Shown here piece by piece: positions 52,547 through 64,000 of a stretch of 64,000 nucleotides of DNA. Both the position numbers and the translations under genes were made by a program. Source of the stretch: Camelus dromedarius (lineage: Eukaryota); NCBI RefSeq assembly GCF_036321535.1, contig NC_087450.1, positions 12,710,001-12,774,000 on the forward strand, in the 5' to 3' direction. Numbering within the stretch: the stretch's first letter is position 1; the number at the start of each line of letters is the position of its first letter. The notes below the pieces were generated by a model. That model searched no databases. It had not been told where the DNA came from and worked only from the letters and a program-made list of their open reading frames with translations.

Positions 52547-55500
52547 TTAAGCGTTGGCCTTCTTGCCGCCGCCGCCGGGGCTGCCTACTCTCGGATCCAG
52601 CCGGCTGTAGGGCTCGAAGGCCGAGGAGCCCAGTTCGTAGCCGGCGGGCAGGTCCAGGAGCGGCGCGGTGGAAAAGCAGAGGGCCGGCGGCGGGGGCGGC
52701 AGCGGGGGGGAAGCCGAGGCCGAGTTCAGCGGGTTGAGGTGCGGGGACGAGTTCCTGGGGTCACCCAAGGAGGTGCCCCTGTGGCCGGCAGGCAGGCCCG
52801 GCGGGCCGGGGGTCAGCGCCAGGAGGCTGGGGGCCCCGGGCACGGTCAGCAGCCGGCCCTGCTCCAGCAGCCGCAGGATGTTGGAGGTGGCGAAGGCCTT
52901 GGAGGCCGAGGAGGACGCCCGCTTCTCCAGGTCTCTGCTCTGGTCTTTCTTCTGCTTGGTGCGCCGGTTCTGGAACCAGACCTTCACCTTGGGGCGGAGC
53001 GTGGGGAGGGGTGTCAGCACGGGGGCGGGGGGGGGGGACAGGCAGAGCAAAGTGGGGGCAGGTGGGGCAGGAAGAGGGAGGACACAGCGGGGGGCAGGGG
53101 AGTGGGGAGCAGGGGTGCAGTGAGAGAGGAAAGAAGAGGAATCGGATTAGGATCTTCCCATAACCAGCCTCCTCTCGGTGAACTGATAAGAGATCCTGGT
53201 CCCCCTCCGAGTCATGGGCACCCCTCCACTGCTAAGCTGACCCTGGCCTAGGACAGAAGGGTGGATTGGCAGTGGAGGGGGCGTCCAGAGGGCACAGAGG
53301 AAGGTCCCCTCTTGGCCCACCCTCCTTCCCCTCTTGGCCACTCCCACCTCTCCTGGCCTGGGCCCCTAGGCTGTCTGCAAAGGGAGCTGCTAACATAGTC
53401 TGGACATTCACCTGTTTGAGCCTTTCAGCAGCCCCTCCCACCCCATCATTTATAAAGGCTGCACTTCTCCATGTGATGCCCAGTGTAAGAGGATGTGTCA
53501 GGATGCTGAGGGAGACTTCAGATGACTACACACTCAAAGCTGGGGACATAGAGATGCCAAGTAGCCCCATCCTAAATAGAGCCACCAACCAAATGGCAGA
53601 GACCTTTTTCAAGGCGGATGGGAGGAGGAGAACTTGCCCTCTGCCATCACCCAGTATCTGGCACCTGGCCCTGGGCACTCCAACCACATCCTACTCTATA
53701 GGAGGAAAGGAAGTCTGGGAGGGAGGCTCAGTGGTCAGTTCTGCAGGCCCCAGACAGTGAGGGGAGTTCCTCCCCTCTCTGGGAAGGACAGGGTGCTTCC
53801 CCCTGCCCAAGGCAACTTGGGGGTGTAAGTGAGTCGCTTGTAGGGCCTGGAAGTACGTGGAAGGAGAGAGCATGACATCTGCTCCCCACAGCATCTGCCA
53901 GCCCATGTCACTGGAGCCACCAGTGCAGTACCCAGACCCGTGTCCCCCGGAGCACAGAGACTGACCCTGCTTCTGGCCTGGAAGTTTTGGAAGGCTGGCA
54001 GCCGACTGGGCATTGTGTGTCAGCAGGACAAGTAGGGACCATGGAGTGGAGGGCCTGGGGGGAAAAGAATGGGGAGACCCACTAGTTCCCTCCAGCCTCC
54101 GAGGATGTAAGGGAAGCAGCAACTCCGGTGGCTCCAGGTGGAGGAGCTGAGAGGTGAGGAGGAGGAGGCAGGGGAGGGAGGCTTGCCTGCCTGGGTGAGG
54201 ATGAGGGCAGAGCTAAGGCTGTCTGGGGTGATACCCAACGTCACCACCTGTGGGAGCAATCACCCCTCCAGCAAAGGCCTCGAGCTAGGAGGCTCCTCAG
54301 GCCAGAAGGTGCCAGGTTCCCTGCCCTCCAACCCTGGGGGAAGGTGCTGGCGGGGAGGGAGCAGGTGGCTCAGACAGAGCACACCCCCTTCTAGTGACTA
54401 CAGCAGGAGGGGCTTCTTTCCCTGAGGTCCCTCCAGCAGGGAGTCGGGGCAGTTCTGAGTTGGGGCGGAGAGGTTGTGACAGACGTGAGTTTGTTGTTTT
54501 ACGCGGGACTAGACTGAGTTTCCACAACTGAAAGTGACCCGGGAGTCACAGGATCCACTTGAGGTTGAGTACTTCATTCATTCACCCATTCATTCATTCA
54601 ACAGATATGTACTGAGTACCCACTATGTGCCAGGTGCTGTTCCAGGCTCGGGGAATCAGCAGTGAACAAAGCAGAGCAAATCTGTGTGGAGTGGATGGCA
54701 CAGAGGGGGAGACAGATGATAACAAATAAGAACAAACAGGTATGGCTGCCGAGTAGCAATAATGATTTGTGGTGAGGAACCACTTTTTAAAGTTTCCAAT
54801 CTGTCGTGGGCCAATATTTTTGTAAAATAGAACTAAAAAAGTTACTAGAAAAATTGCCGTCCACGTTTCTAAATGCTTACTCTCCAGTTTGGACTCATCA
54901 AACCCAGGTAATAGTGTGTGAGCTGGCCGCACCCCGAGGACAACACTTTGGGGCGCTGCTTTAGAGAAAGGGGGCGAGATAAGGAGGGGAGAGGTGGGGA
55001 GGTGACTATCTTATGAGTGGGGTGGCAAACACAGCTTCTCTGAAGAGGTGACATTTGAGGCCATATCAGTGAGGGATGGTCAGGGAAGATTCGACCAAGT
55101 CTGGCTGAAGGAAGTGACTGTAAGTTATTCGAGAATTTGATTGCTCCAGGAAGTGATCCCACCAGATCCTTGGGGACCGTGGCTCTGCAATCCTTTCTCC
55201 TGCTAGGAAGGCTCCTGGCTTCTTGGCCAGGTTAGTACCTACCATCTTAGGACCTCAGGCCAGGGACCACCCTCAAGAATCCATGAATCTCAGTTTCTCA
55301 TATCTAGAGTGGAGACAGGGAGGGTACAGCTCAGTGGCAGAGTGCATGCTTAGCATGCACAAGGTCCTGGGTTCAATCCCCAGTACCTCCACTTAAAAAA
55401 ATAAAAAATGGAAAAAAATAAAAAAAGATTATGCTTCTTAAAAAAAAAGCTAAAATAAGGAAATCCTTGTAGAGGGCTTAGCATCCTGCCTGGCCCATGC

Positions 55501-56990
55501 TCAGTGGGCATTATTATTTCTTGCTCACTTTTTCTGTTCCTATCTCTGAACTAGAGGGAGAGGACAGACCCAGAAACTGAGGGGATATTGGGAGAGCGGC
55601 ACTAACCCGCCCCCAGCAAACGGAGGGCGGTTAGGTACAAAGGGAGTGTGACAGGGGTGTGACTGCTGAGGACCCAGGCTTTCAGGGGGATCTGCTCCAT
55701 GTCCAGCTCGGCTGCAGCCCTGGCTGTGACAGGGAGAGACGGGCATGCCTAGGGCAGTCCCTGGTACACAGCAGGTGTTCAGTTATACTTCTGAACAGAA
55801 GTATGGGGTGAATATACTCAGAAGTCCACAAAATTCTAGCCATATCACCTTGGGCAAGTGAATTAGCCTCTCTGGGGCTCAGCTTTCTGAAACAGAGATC
55901 CTCTTACCCATAAAGTCATCTTTCTGTAAAGATGAGGTGAGCTAATGGATGTGCCTGCTTTAAATTTTGAGCGTGTTATATAATTTCTGAGTGCCTCAGC
56001 TTCCGTCTCTTTAAAGTAAATATAGTAAAGAGCCTTTCTGGTGGGCTGAAAAAATATCCTTGGTCTTTGTCCCTGGTCCTTGGCACAGGGCTCCTGAACC
56101 CCCATGCATTTCCTGACTGACACACCGGCCCCTCTGAGCGCACCTGAGTTTATGCTAATGAGGTGACTCAGGGTGAACTCCAAGTTTCAGGATGGAGGTT
56201 GGTCCCAGAAAGATCAGACCTGTGATTAGAAGGTTGGAACTTTCAGTCCCATCTCTGACCTCCAGGGAGGGGAGTAGGGGCTGGAGACTGGGTTATAAAG
56301 ATTATTGAATAATGAGATTTGGGGGCTCCATGAACTCTCCCCCATATATTCAGCTCTATGCATCTCTTCCATCTGGCTATTTCTGAGTTGTATCCTTCAT
56401 AATAAATCTGTAAAAGTAAACACAGTAGAAAGTGTTTCCCTGAATTCTGCGAGTCATTCTAGCAAATTATCAAACATAAAGAGGGGGGTGTGTGAACCCC
56501 CACATTTATGGCTGGTCAGAAGTACGGGTGGCCCCTGGGATTTGCTACTGGCCTGTGATGTGGGACTGTCCTGTGAGACTGAGCCCTGAAGCTGCAGCGT
56601 CTGAACTCCAGGAATTAGTGTCTGAATTGAATTGAGTCGAACTGTTGGACACTCAGCTGAGTGTCGGAGAATTGGTTGCTGTTAACGTGGGAAAGCACCA
56701 CCTATTTGGTGTCAGAAGTGGTGTCAGAAGGAAAACCTCCCAGGGATCCCACAAGGCTGTGGTTAGAACACGTCAAGCACTTAGAACAGTGCCTGGTGCA
56801 CAGGCAATGCTCAGTGTTAGTCAGCTGTATCGTATATTATCTGCAAAACTCCAGGGCTGGGGAAAGAGAAGGGAGGGCGGTAAGTAACAATCTGTTAGTT
56901 GAGGATTCACTGGGGGCCCCCAGGAGGCCTGAAGAGGAAAAAAGGCCTTCGAATACTTTCTTGTCCTTGGGAAGAACATGCTGGCTAGTG

Positions 56991-57045
<55 letters not shown>

Positions 57046-58860
57046 CACACACAGACCCCTCCACACACCACACATACACCCCCACACACCGCACCCCACC
57101 CCCACATACACACTCTACACTTTACAGTTCAAGCCATGTGGAAAAGGTCTTGGAATGAGGTAAAGAAGCCTTAGGGAAGGCTTCCTGGAAGAGGAGGAGC
57201 TCGGTCTTGATCTTCAAGGGCAGACAAATGTAGCCTGTACTGGGGGCAGAGCAGGGGAAGGATGAGGACTGAGAAGGAGCTACCTGCCAGGGCATCTGAG
57301 AGGCCCTTGGAAAGAAGGTTTCTTGGGAGAGTTTGGGGACAAAATTGGGCTAGACAGAGGGAAATTGGGACACAGGGGAGGGCTGGGGGTTGAAGGGTGA
57401 CTCGGTGCCTAGATCCTGGGGTTTGAGGTGTCTCCCTGACTTCCCCCGGGAGCTCTGGCCTGGCCCAGCCACTGCAGGCCCCCTTCTAAGCAGAGCCTGG
57501 CCCTGCAACCCCGCTGAGCTCAGCTGGAGGGAGGGCCCCTGCCCCTGGCCATCTGCCGGGTTTTTTTGGGACTGTGTACAGGGAAAGCTGGAGGACAACA
57601 GTCCAGGTGGAGATGACCCGAGCCTGCAGGCCGGCTGGTTGCCAGCCTGCCCTAACTGCAGCGGGCCATGCGGTGGGGGACCTCCCGGAGCCGCCGCCTG
57701 CGGCCTTCCCCAGGGAGCGCACCCTTCCGGCCTGTCTGCTCCCTTAGTCCCTTCCTGCCTCTCCTCCCCCCTCAAGTGTCCAGGCCCGGCACTTTCCATA
57801 CATTTATTGACTGACCCTCCTCAGCTGCCTACCTATAGCTGAACCAAGAGTCTCTGAGTCTTCCTTTGACAAGCTCCAGGGTAGTTACCCAGTTTCCAGG
57901 CAGCAGAAAGATGCTGGACTGCTTGTCCAAACCCCAGCTCTGTATGATCTTGGGCATAACGTCTCCTCATGTGTAAAATGGGATAATTCTGGTAGTTACA
58001 TCACAGGGTTGCCGGGAGGGATTAGTGAGTTAACATATGCAAGGCACTTAGAACAGCGCTCTGGCACGATAAGTACTAATATTATTATTATTATCATTTA
58101 GCTCTATTACCAGCTTGAAATGCCTCCATTCACACAGAGTAGGTGCTCAGTTTACTAAAGTTCTCCCTTTGGGTTGAGCATACAGTTGTTAAAGTGCTAA
58201 GCGTGAAGTCCTGTGTGAGGGGGATGTTCAGAGCCCTTCTCTTCAACAGGCGTTTCTGAGGCACATTGGGATGAAGGGAAGGTGAAGGAAGATGGGGAAA
58301 GGTCCAGAATGGGGAAATGAGAGGTCCCTAGCCCAATTTTGTAATGCCTCATCTCTCCCCTGGATCTTTGCTCCCAGAAAGCCAACCCCTCTCCATCCCT
58401 TCCTGCAGGCTCCCTCCGGCACCAACCAATACCCTTACGCCACCCCCTGCCTCTGGAATGGCCCTCCCTCCTTTTACTTTCTGTTGGCATGTAACTTTCT
58501 CTCATCAGCGCTATATTTATGTGCTCTTATTCTTGTGTAACTTTAAGCCTTTCCCTAACATATGTCTGAACTCCAGAATCGGGTTTCCATGCAGCAGCCT
58601 GCAGGTCTCACACCCCAAGAGGTTCCCCGGCTGCCAGGGAAGGGGTGGAGTGGCCTGGCCCTGCCCTTTTACCTGAGTTTCTGAGAGGTTCAGCTGTCGG
58701 GCCAGCTCAGTGCGCTCACGGCCCACCACGTACTGGCAGCGCTGAAACTCCATCTCCAGGCGGTACAGCTGCTCAGCTGTGAAGGATGTGCGGGTCCGCT
58801 TGGGCCGGTCCAGGTCCAGGCCCTTGGGCAGGACAATCTCCCGGATGGTTCCTTTGGCGT
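52547..58860 (-). CDS. VAX2: Ventral anterior homeobox 2, partial (exons 2 and 3; exon 1 outside the window)
   Basis: Exon 2 58860..58673 (188 nt; [63 protein letters not shown]) and exon 3 52987..52547 ([15 protein letters not shown]...[16 protein letters not shown]...KKANA*). Acceptor ccccaag with an upstream ctgac branch-like motif. Confidence 0.97.
54570..55110 (-). mobile_element. L2 LINE 3' fragments
   Basis: cattcattcattcaacagatatgtactgagtacccactatgtgccagg; ctctgaagaggtgacatttgag. Confidence 0.75.
55318..55449 (+). mobile_element. vic-1-like SINE
   Basis: gggagggtacagctcagtggcagagtgcatgcttagcatgcacaaggtcctgggttcaatccccagtacctcc plus A-rich tail; no clear TSD. Confidence 0.9.
56040..56735 (+). 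mobile_element. Solo LTR, MER21-like
   Basis: ggtctttgtccctggtccttggcacagggctcctgaa ... gagtttatgctaatgaggtgact ... tgtatccttcataataaa ... ttggtgtcagaagtg resemble the recalled MER21 consensus. Confidence 0.65.
56993..57042. repeat. (CA)25 microsatellite
   Basis: Perfect dinucleotide run. Confidence 0.95.
57890..58150 (+). mobile_element. MIR SINE
   Basis: ccccagctctgtatgatcttgggc...ctcatgtgtaaaatgggataat...gttaacatatgcaaggcacttagaacagcg. Confidence 0.75.
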
Positions 58861-59273
58861 CTGCAGATATCATAAAAGGAGGAGATTAATTCACTAGTTA
58901 AGGATTTAAGTCACCAACGAGCATCTTAATAAGAGGTAGTGTGATCTAGTGAGGAGCTCCTCAGGTCTGAGCCTGGCTGTGTGACCTCTGACAAGTTGCT
59001 TACCCTCTCTGGGCCTAGCCTCCTTAATCACCCAATGCAGAATGTTATATCTAATGGGTATATGTATATGAATGGGCCTCAGTACAAATGTCAGGTCTAT
59101 CATCATAGCCTGGGGAGAGAGGACTCACTTTGACCCAGCCAAGATTCTGCTCCCTCAGCAGAGCAAGAAACAAATGGAAAGAGAAACACCAAGTCCTCAA
59201 GTGCAGAGGAAAAGATGGGTTAGACCGGGATGTGACCCATCAGGTAGGTCTTACTGGAGGAGATGTCCAGAGA

Positions 59274-59612
59274 CTTTTTTTAAATTGAAGTACAGTTGAT
59301 TTACAATGTTGTGTTAGTTTCAGGTGTCCAGCAAAGTGATTCAGTTTTACATACATATACATGTATGTATATATATGTATTCTTTTTCAGATTCTTTTCC
59401 ACTATTATATAATATAAATAAAATACTGAATATAGTTCCCTGTATACAGTATACATACAGTAGGACTTTGCTGTTTATCTATTTTTGTGTATAGTAGTTT
59501 GTATTTGTTAACCCTAAACTCCTAATTTATCCCTCCCTGCTTTCCTTTTTGGTAACCATAAGTTTGTTTTTTATGTCTGTGAGTCTTTTTATGTTTGTAA
59601 ATAAGTTCGTGT
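59274..59612 (-). mobile_element. L1 3' end (sense to VAX2), running into a gap
   Basis: ttttaaattgaagtacagttgatttacaatgttgtgttagtttcaggtg...cagattcttttccac. Confidence 0.85.
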
Positions 59613-59893
59613 NNNNNNNNNNNNNNNNNNNNNNNNNNNNNNNNNNNNNNNNNNNNNNNNNNNNNNNNNNNNNNNNNNNNNNNNNNNNNNNNNNNNNNNN
59701 NNNNNNNNNNNNNNNNNNNNNNNNNNNNNNNNNNNNNNNNNNNNNNNNNNNNNNNNNNNNNNNNNNNNNNNNNNNNNNNNNNNNNNNNNNNNNNNNNNNN
59801 NNNNNNNNNNNNNNNNNNNNNNNNNNNNNNNNNNNNNNNNNNNNNNNNNNNNNNNNNNNNNNNNNNNNNNNNNNNNNNNNNNNNNNNNNNNNN
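59613..59893. other. Assembly gap (281 N)
   Basis: Run of N. Confidence 1.
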
Positions 59894-61719
59894 GTCTTAA
59901 GCCCTGTGTGTATGTGTGTGTGTGTGTGTGTGTGATGAGTGCAGGGGTGTGCACTTTGCCCACAGACCCTCCTGGGGTCCATGAAGAGGCTCACTGGTGA
60001 GGGATAGAGGTGGGATACCCAGGGGGAGAAGAAGAACCATTGCTACTGTGTCAAGCTGCTGGGGGTGACTTCAAAAGGGGGAGCTTCTGCCACACCCTCT
60101 GCATCTAGTCCTAAATAGCAGGCCATCCTCCTGGGCCCTGGACCAATGCCATCTATGCATTGGGTCCCCAAGATGGAGCCTACATAAGAGATGTTGAAAA
60201 TCCTACAGCCCATGTTCACCAGATAGTCCCACTTAAAGTAACAGCAACAAAGTCTTCAGCAAAAGCAACATTGCTTAGGGGTAGGGCTGGTTATACGTTT
60301 TCCCCAACCACTCCCAAAGTATGATCTTGATAATAATAAAGCTAAACTAACGGTAATTTGCCTTTACATAGGAAGGTTAGCGTCAATGAAAAACTTACCA
60401 ACTCTCAGACCTGGATCAAGCCCAGGTAACAGCCCTGATCAAGCCCAGGTAACAGAGCAAGCCGCCACAGTTGCAGTGACTCTGACCCTCTCCAGGGGGC
60501 GAGCACAGCCAGCAATGGTAGTGGTAGTGGCTTTGGCAGCTCATGGTTTAGTCATGATAATAGCTGACATCTCTGCAGTGCTTGCTCTGGGCCAGGCACT
60601 GTTTTCAGCACTTTAACCCTCCCAGTGTCTCAATGAAGTTGGAATTATTATTATCCCCATTTTACAGACGGGGAAATGGAGGAACAAATTTTAAGTCACT
60701 TACCCTAGGACATACTGACAGTTCTCAGTAAGCTTTAGACACACCCTCATTTGACTTGATGAATACCCTCTTTTAATAATCCTTAGTGATTCAATTGACA
60801 GGTTATAATGAAGAGAGCTTTGGTGGGTAGAAAATGGAATGTTCTGGATGGGTTCACCATTGCCCTAGAAGAAGCAGGAAAGGACCTGTTTTGGGGATGT
60901 TCGGGCTGTTAAGAGGCCCCCTGTGAGCCACAGGACCGTAGAACCTATTATTTCAGGGTCCCCGCTCTAGAGGTTGAAACAGACCTCTCCCTCCAAATCC
61001 CCCAGCTTATGACTTACGCCGAGACTGGTTTTTCCTGCCTCCCACCAGGGCCAGTTAATGTTCACTCCTCAGGGTGCACTTTAGTTCCTCCTAGGCTCCT
61101 GGCTGGCAGGTCTTGTCCCCGATCTCAGAGGTTCTAGCGCCTTTATGTGCTCAGTCAACGCTGGGGGAGAAGGTGAGTCTGGGTGGGGGACGCGGTCCTG
61201 CCCGGAGGCTGCTCCTCCCCACCACCAGGCTGGTCCTGGGAGGGCGCTGGGCAGAACACAGCCCACGGGTGGGGGCCCTGCTCTTGGAGAGCTGGTGGAA
61301 ACACAGGCCTTTTGGAACAACTCAAGCTTCCCCACTCTGATACTTTCGACATTTCAGTGTGGTGGGGTAATCTTGTGACCCCATTGTGACTGGGTCCCCT
61401 TTCCTCAGCTTCTACTGACTCCATCTCCAAAGGCACTGATTTTATTAAAAGAGTCTTGGCAGGTGTGAACAGGGGGAAGGGTGGTGGGCGACTGTGATGT
61501 GCTGGAAGCTCACATCTTTCCCCAGAGCCCATCTGAAGCTCTGAGCCTGTGCTCCTGACCACTGAGGCCAAACCATAAAGCTCCCCCTTTCCACTTCCAT
61601 AGAGGAGCGAAGAGGAACATTCCTGCCTCAGGGAACAGCCAGAGCAGCACCCCTGCCCTTCAGGGCCAGGGGAGGCAGGAACCAGTAACAACCAGGAACC
61701 AGGGCACCTCAGACTTGCC

Positions 61720-64000
61720 CCCAGATACCTAAACGGGCCATACAAATTGGCACATGAAAAGATGTTCAACATCACTAGCCATTGGGGAAGGCAAATGAAA
61801 ACCATAAGAAATACCTCTCGGAGTAGCTACAACAAAAATATTGAGAGGACCAAAGGCTGGCAAAGATGTCGAGAAACTAGAGCTCTTGTACATTGCTGGT
61901 GGGGATGGAAAATGGTGCAGCCACTCTGGAAACTGACCTAGCAGTTTCTGAAAGAGTTAAACATATATTTACCATGGAACCCAGTGACCTCACTCCTGAG
62001 CATTTGTCTTAGAGAAATGCAATCTTAGGTTCACATCAAAACCTGCACGTGGATGTCCATAGCAGCTTTCTTTGTAACAGCCCCCAAACGGAAACAGTCC
62101 AGATGTCCCGCAATAGATGAATGGATAAACAAATTGTGGTACAGCTATATTATGGGATGCTACTCAGCAGTAAAAAGGAATAACAATTGACATGACAATT
62201 TGGATAAATCTCCAGGGAATTATACTGAGTGAAAGAAACCAAGCCCATCCTTAAGGCTACATGCTGTATGATTCCGTGTATATTACACTATAAAATGACA
62301 AAGTTATAGAGGTGGAGAACAGACTTGTGCTTGACAGGGGTTAGATAAGGGGGGGTGTAACTATAAAGGGGTAACATGAGGATGCTTCTTGGTGCTAACA
62401 GAACAGTTCTGCATCTTGATTGTGGTGGTGGTTATATGGATCTATAAATGTGATCAAATGTCATAGTACTATATACAAAAACAAAAAAGGGCATGCCAAA
62501 AATGGGTGAAACCTGAGGAAGGCTGGCAGTTTAATTAATTATGTTGTACCAATGTCAGTTCCCTGATTTTTGATAATGTATTTTAAATATGGAAGATGTC
62601 ACCACTGTGAGGAGCTAGGAGATAGATAAATGGGACCTCTCTACCATTTTTACAACTTCTTGTGAGTCTATATTTCAATAAGTGAGTCTTACTTCAAAAT
62701 AAGACATTAACAACAGTTACAACAAAACATGCCATGGAGCTAGAATGATGTTTTGTCACAGAAACTGACAAATCCATTAGTGGAGAGAATACAATAGTGT
62801 TTCCCCAAACGCCTCTGCATTTCGCTTGTGGTTTGTAAGATTATTTAAAATGATACATAAATAAATTCTTTGTCATTTCAAAAGTTATGCACTTATTTTA
62901 GTGTTTACTAGAAAAAATTTAAAGCTATGATTTTACATGCTTAGAATGAAGCTACAGTAGGTATTTTGTTTTAAAATATGCTGAAATATTAAGTAAATAA
63001 ATGAAACATGAATATAATAGAAATGGTAAAGATAGTATTCAAATAACTGACTATTGGGAAACAATGGAATAAGGAATACACAACTGGAGCTGTGTATATA
63101 TAGTGTAGAAAGTTTGTGACAAAGGTAATATTCTAAATGGAGACGGGTTCGTCTAGCCTGTAAGTGGAGTTAAATAGATTGGTTACCGTAAGTTATCTGT
63201 TTGGAATATCATTAAGTTAAATTCATGTTTCACACCATAAAGAACAATGTTTTGAATGGATTAGAGATCAAATCACAGACTACAGAATGATAAAAGTATT
63301 TAAAGAAAATATAGGAGGATATTCTTATAACCCTAAGCTTGGGAAGAGTTTTCCAAGCAAGATACCAACTTGGACTGTAAAGGAAAAACAGAGGTTTTAT
63401 TTGACTATATGAAAGCTAAAAACTTTTGTATGATAACAAGCATCAAAATCAAGGTAAAATGCAGAAGACACAATTGAAGAAAATACTTTTGAACACCAGA
63501 AACTAACACAACATTGCATATCAACTATACTTCAATTTAAAAAGAAACAAAAAAGAAAATACTTTCTTAAAAGGCAAATAAATAATACCCAGGATATATA
63601 AAATGCAATTATGAGTAAACTAATTTTTTTTTAAAAAAAGGGCAATGGTCCAGTAGAAAAAATATTCAAGTCATTTATGTGAGCCATTCACAGAAAAGAT
63701 ATCCAAATGCCCAATAAATATATGAAAAGATGAGCATAGCTTCACAGTAATTAGGATGATGCAAGTTTAAGAAACAATGGATAATCATTTATCTCGCATA
63801 AGTTTAGAGAGACATTTAGTAGATGATTAATAAAGCAATGATGCACTGTGGGGGAATCCACACTCCCACTCACTGCTGGTACGACCACAAATTGCTATAG
63901 CCTTTTAAAGCTTCATTTGTCAAATTTAAAGATGCACATAACTATTGCCCCAGCAATTTTATTTTAGTAGGTATTTATTAATAAAAGCACAGGCTGGCAG
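61720..64000 (+). mobile_element. Old L1 3' fragments in VAX2 intron 1, including a ~60 bp L1 tail insertion at 63490-63552
   Basis: catgaaaagatgttcaacatcactagcc; gaaaatggtgcagccactctggaa; gttctgcatcttgattgtggtggtgg. The short insert is flanked by TSD aagaaaatacttt at 63477-63489 and 63553-63565. Confidence 0.75.

Noticed and set aside
52981-52995. AAG acceptor of VAX2 exon 3 as abnormal
   Set aside because: Still GT-AG with a strong pyrimidine tract and branch-like motif; frame is intact.
52445-53251. 268-aa + strand ORF
   Set aside because: Antisense shadow of GC-rich VAX2 exon 3; low complexity.
56707-56730. tggtgtcagaag duplicated
   Set aside because: Lies at the end of the LTR and may be part of the family consensus.
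59274-59300. Sense-oriented L1 tail lacking AATAAA, as evidence of selection against premature VAX2 termination
   Set aside because: Antisense copies at 38265 and 63531 end with the same caatttaaaa, so it is a family trait.

Overview
Mammalian genomic DNA covering the conserved TEX261-ANKRD53-ATP6V1B1-VAX2 synteny block. It is probably from a camelid, inferred from four vic-1-like tRNA-derived SINEs. TEX261 (+, 6 exons, 196 aa) and ATP6V1B1 (-, 14 exons, 513 aa) are complete and intact with GT-AG introns. VAX2 (-) is partial: exons 2-3 only, exon 1 lies beyond the window. ANKRD53 (-) has intact exons 3-6, but its 5' end does not splice in frame at the most obvious acceptor. The ANKRD53-ATP6V1B1 intergenic region is a nest of LINE-1s, and ATP6V1B1 intron 2 and VAX2 intron 1 are LINE-rich. 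There are three N-gaps. I found no novel multi-gene system, CRISPR array or RNA gene. The best leads are the ANKRD53 N-terminal frame puzzle, an internally deleted L1 with target-site duplications (TSDs) 2.1 kb upstream of ANKRD53, and a long open +1 frame in ATP6V1B1 that VAX2 read-through splicing could enter. Repeat family names and human comparisons are from memory and need RepeatMasker/BLAST confirmation; repeat boundaries are approximate.
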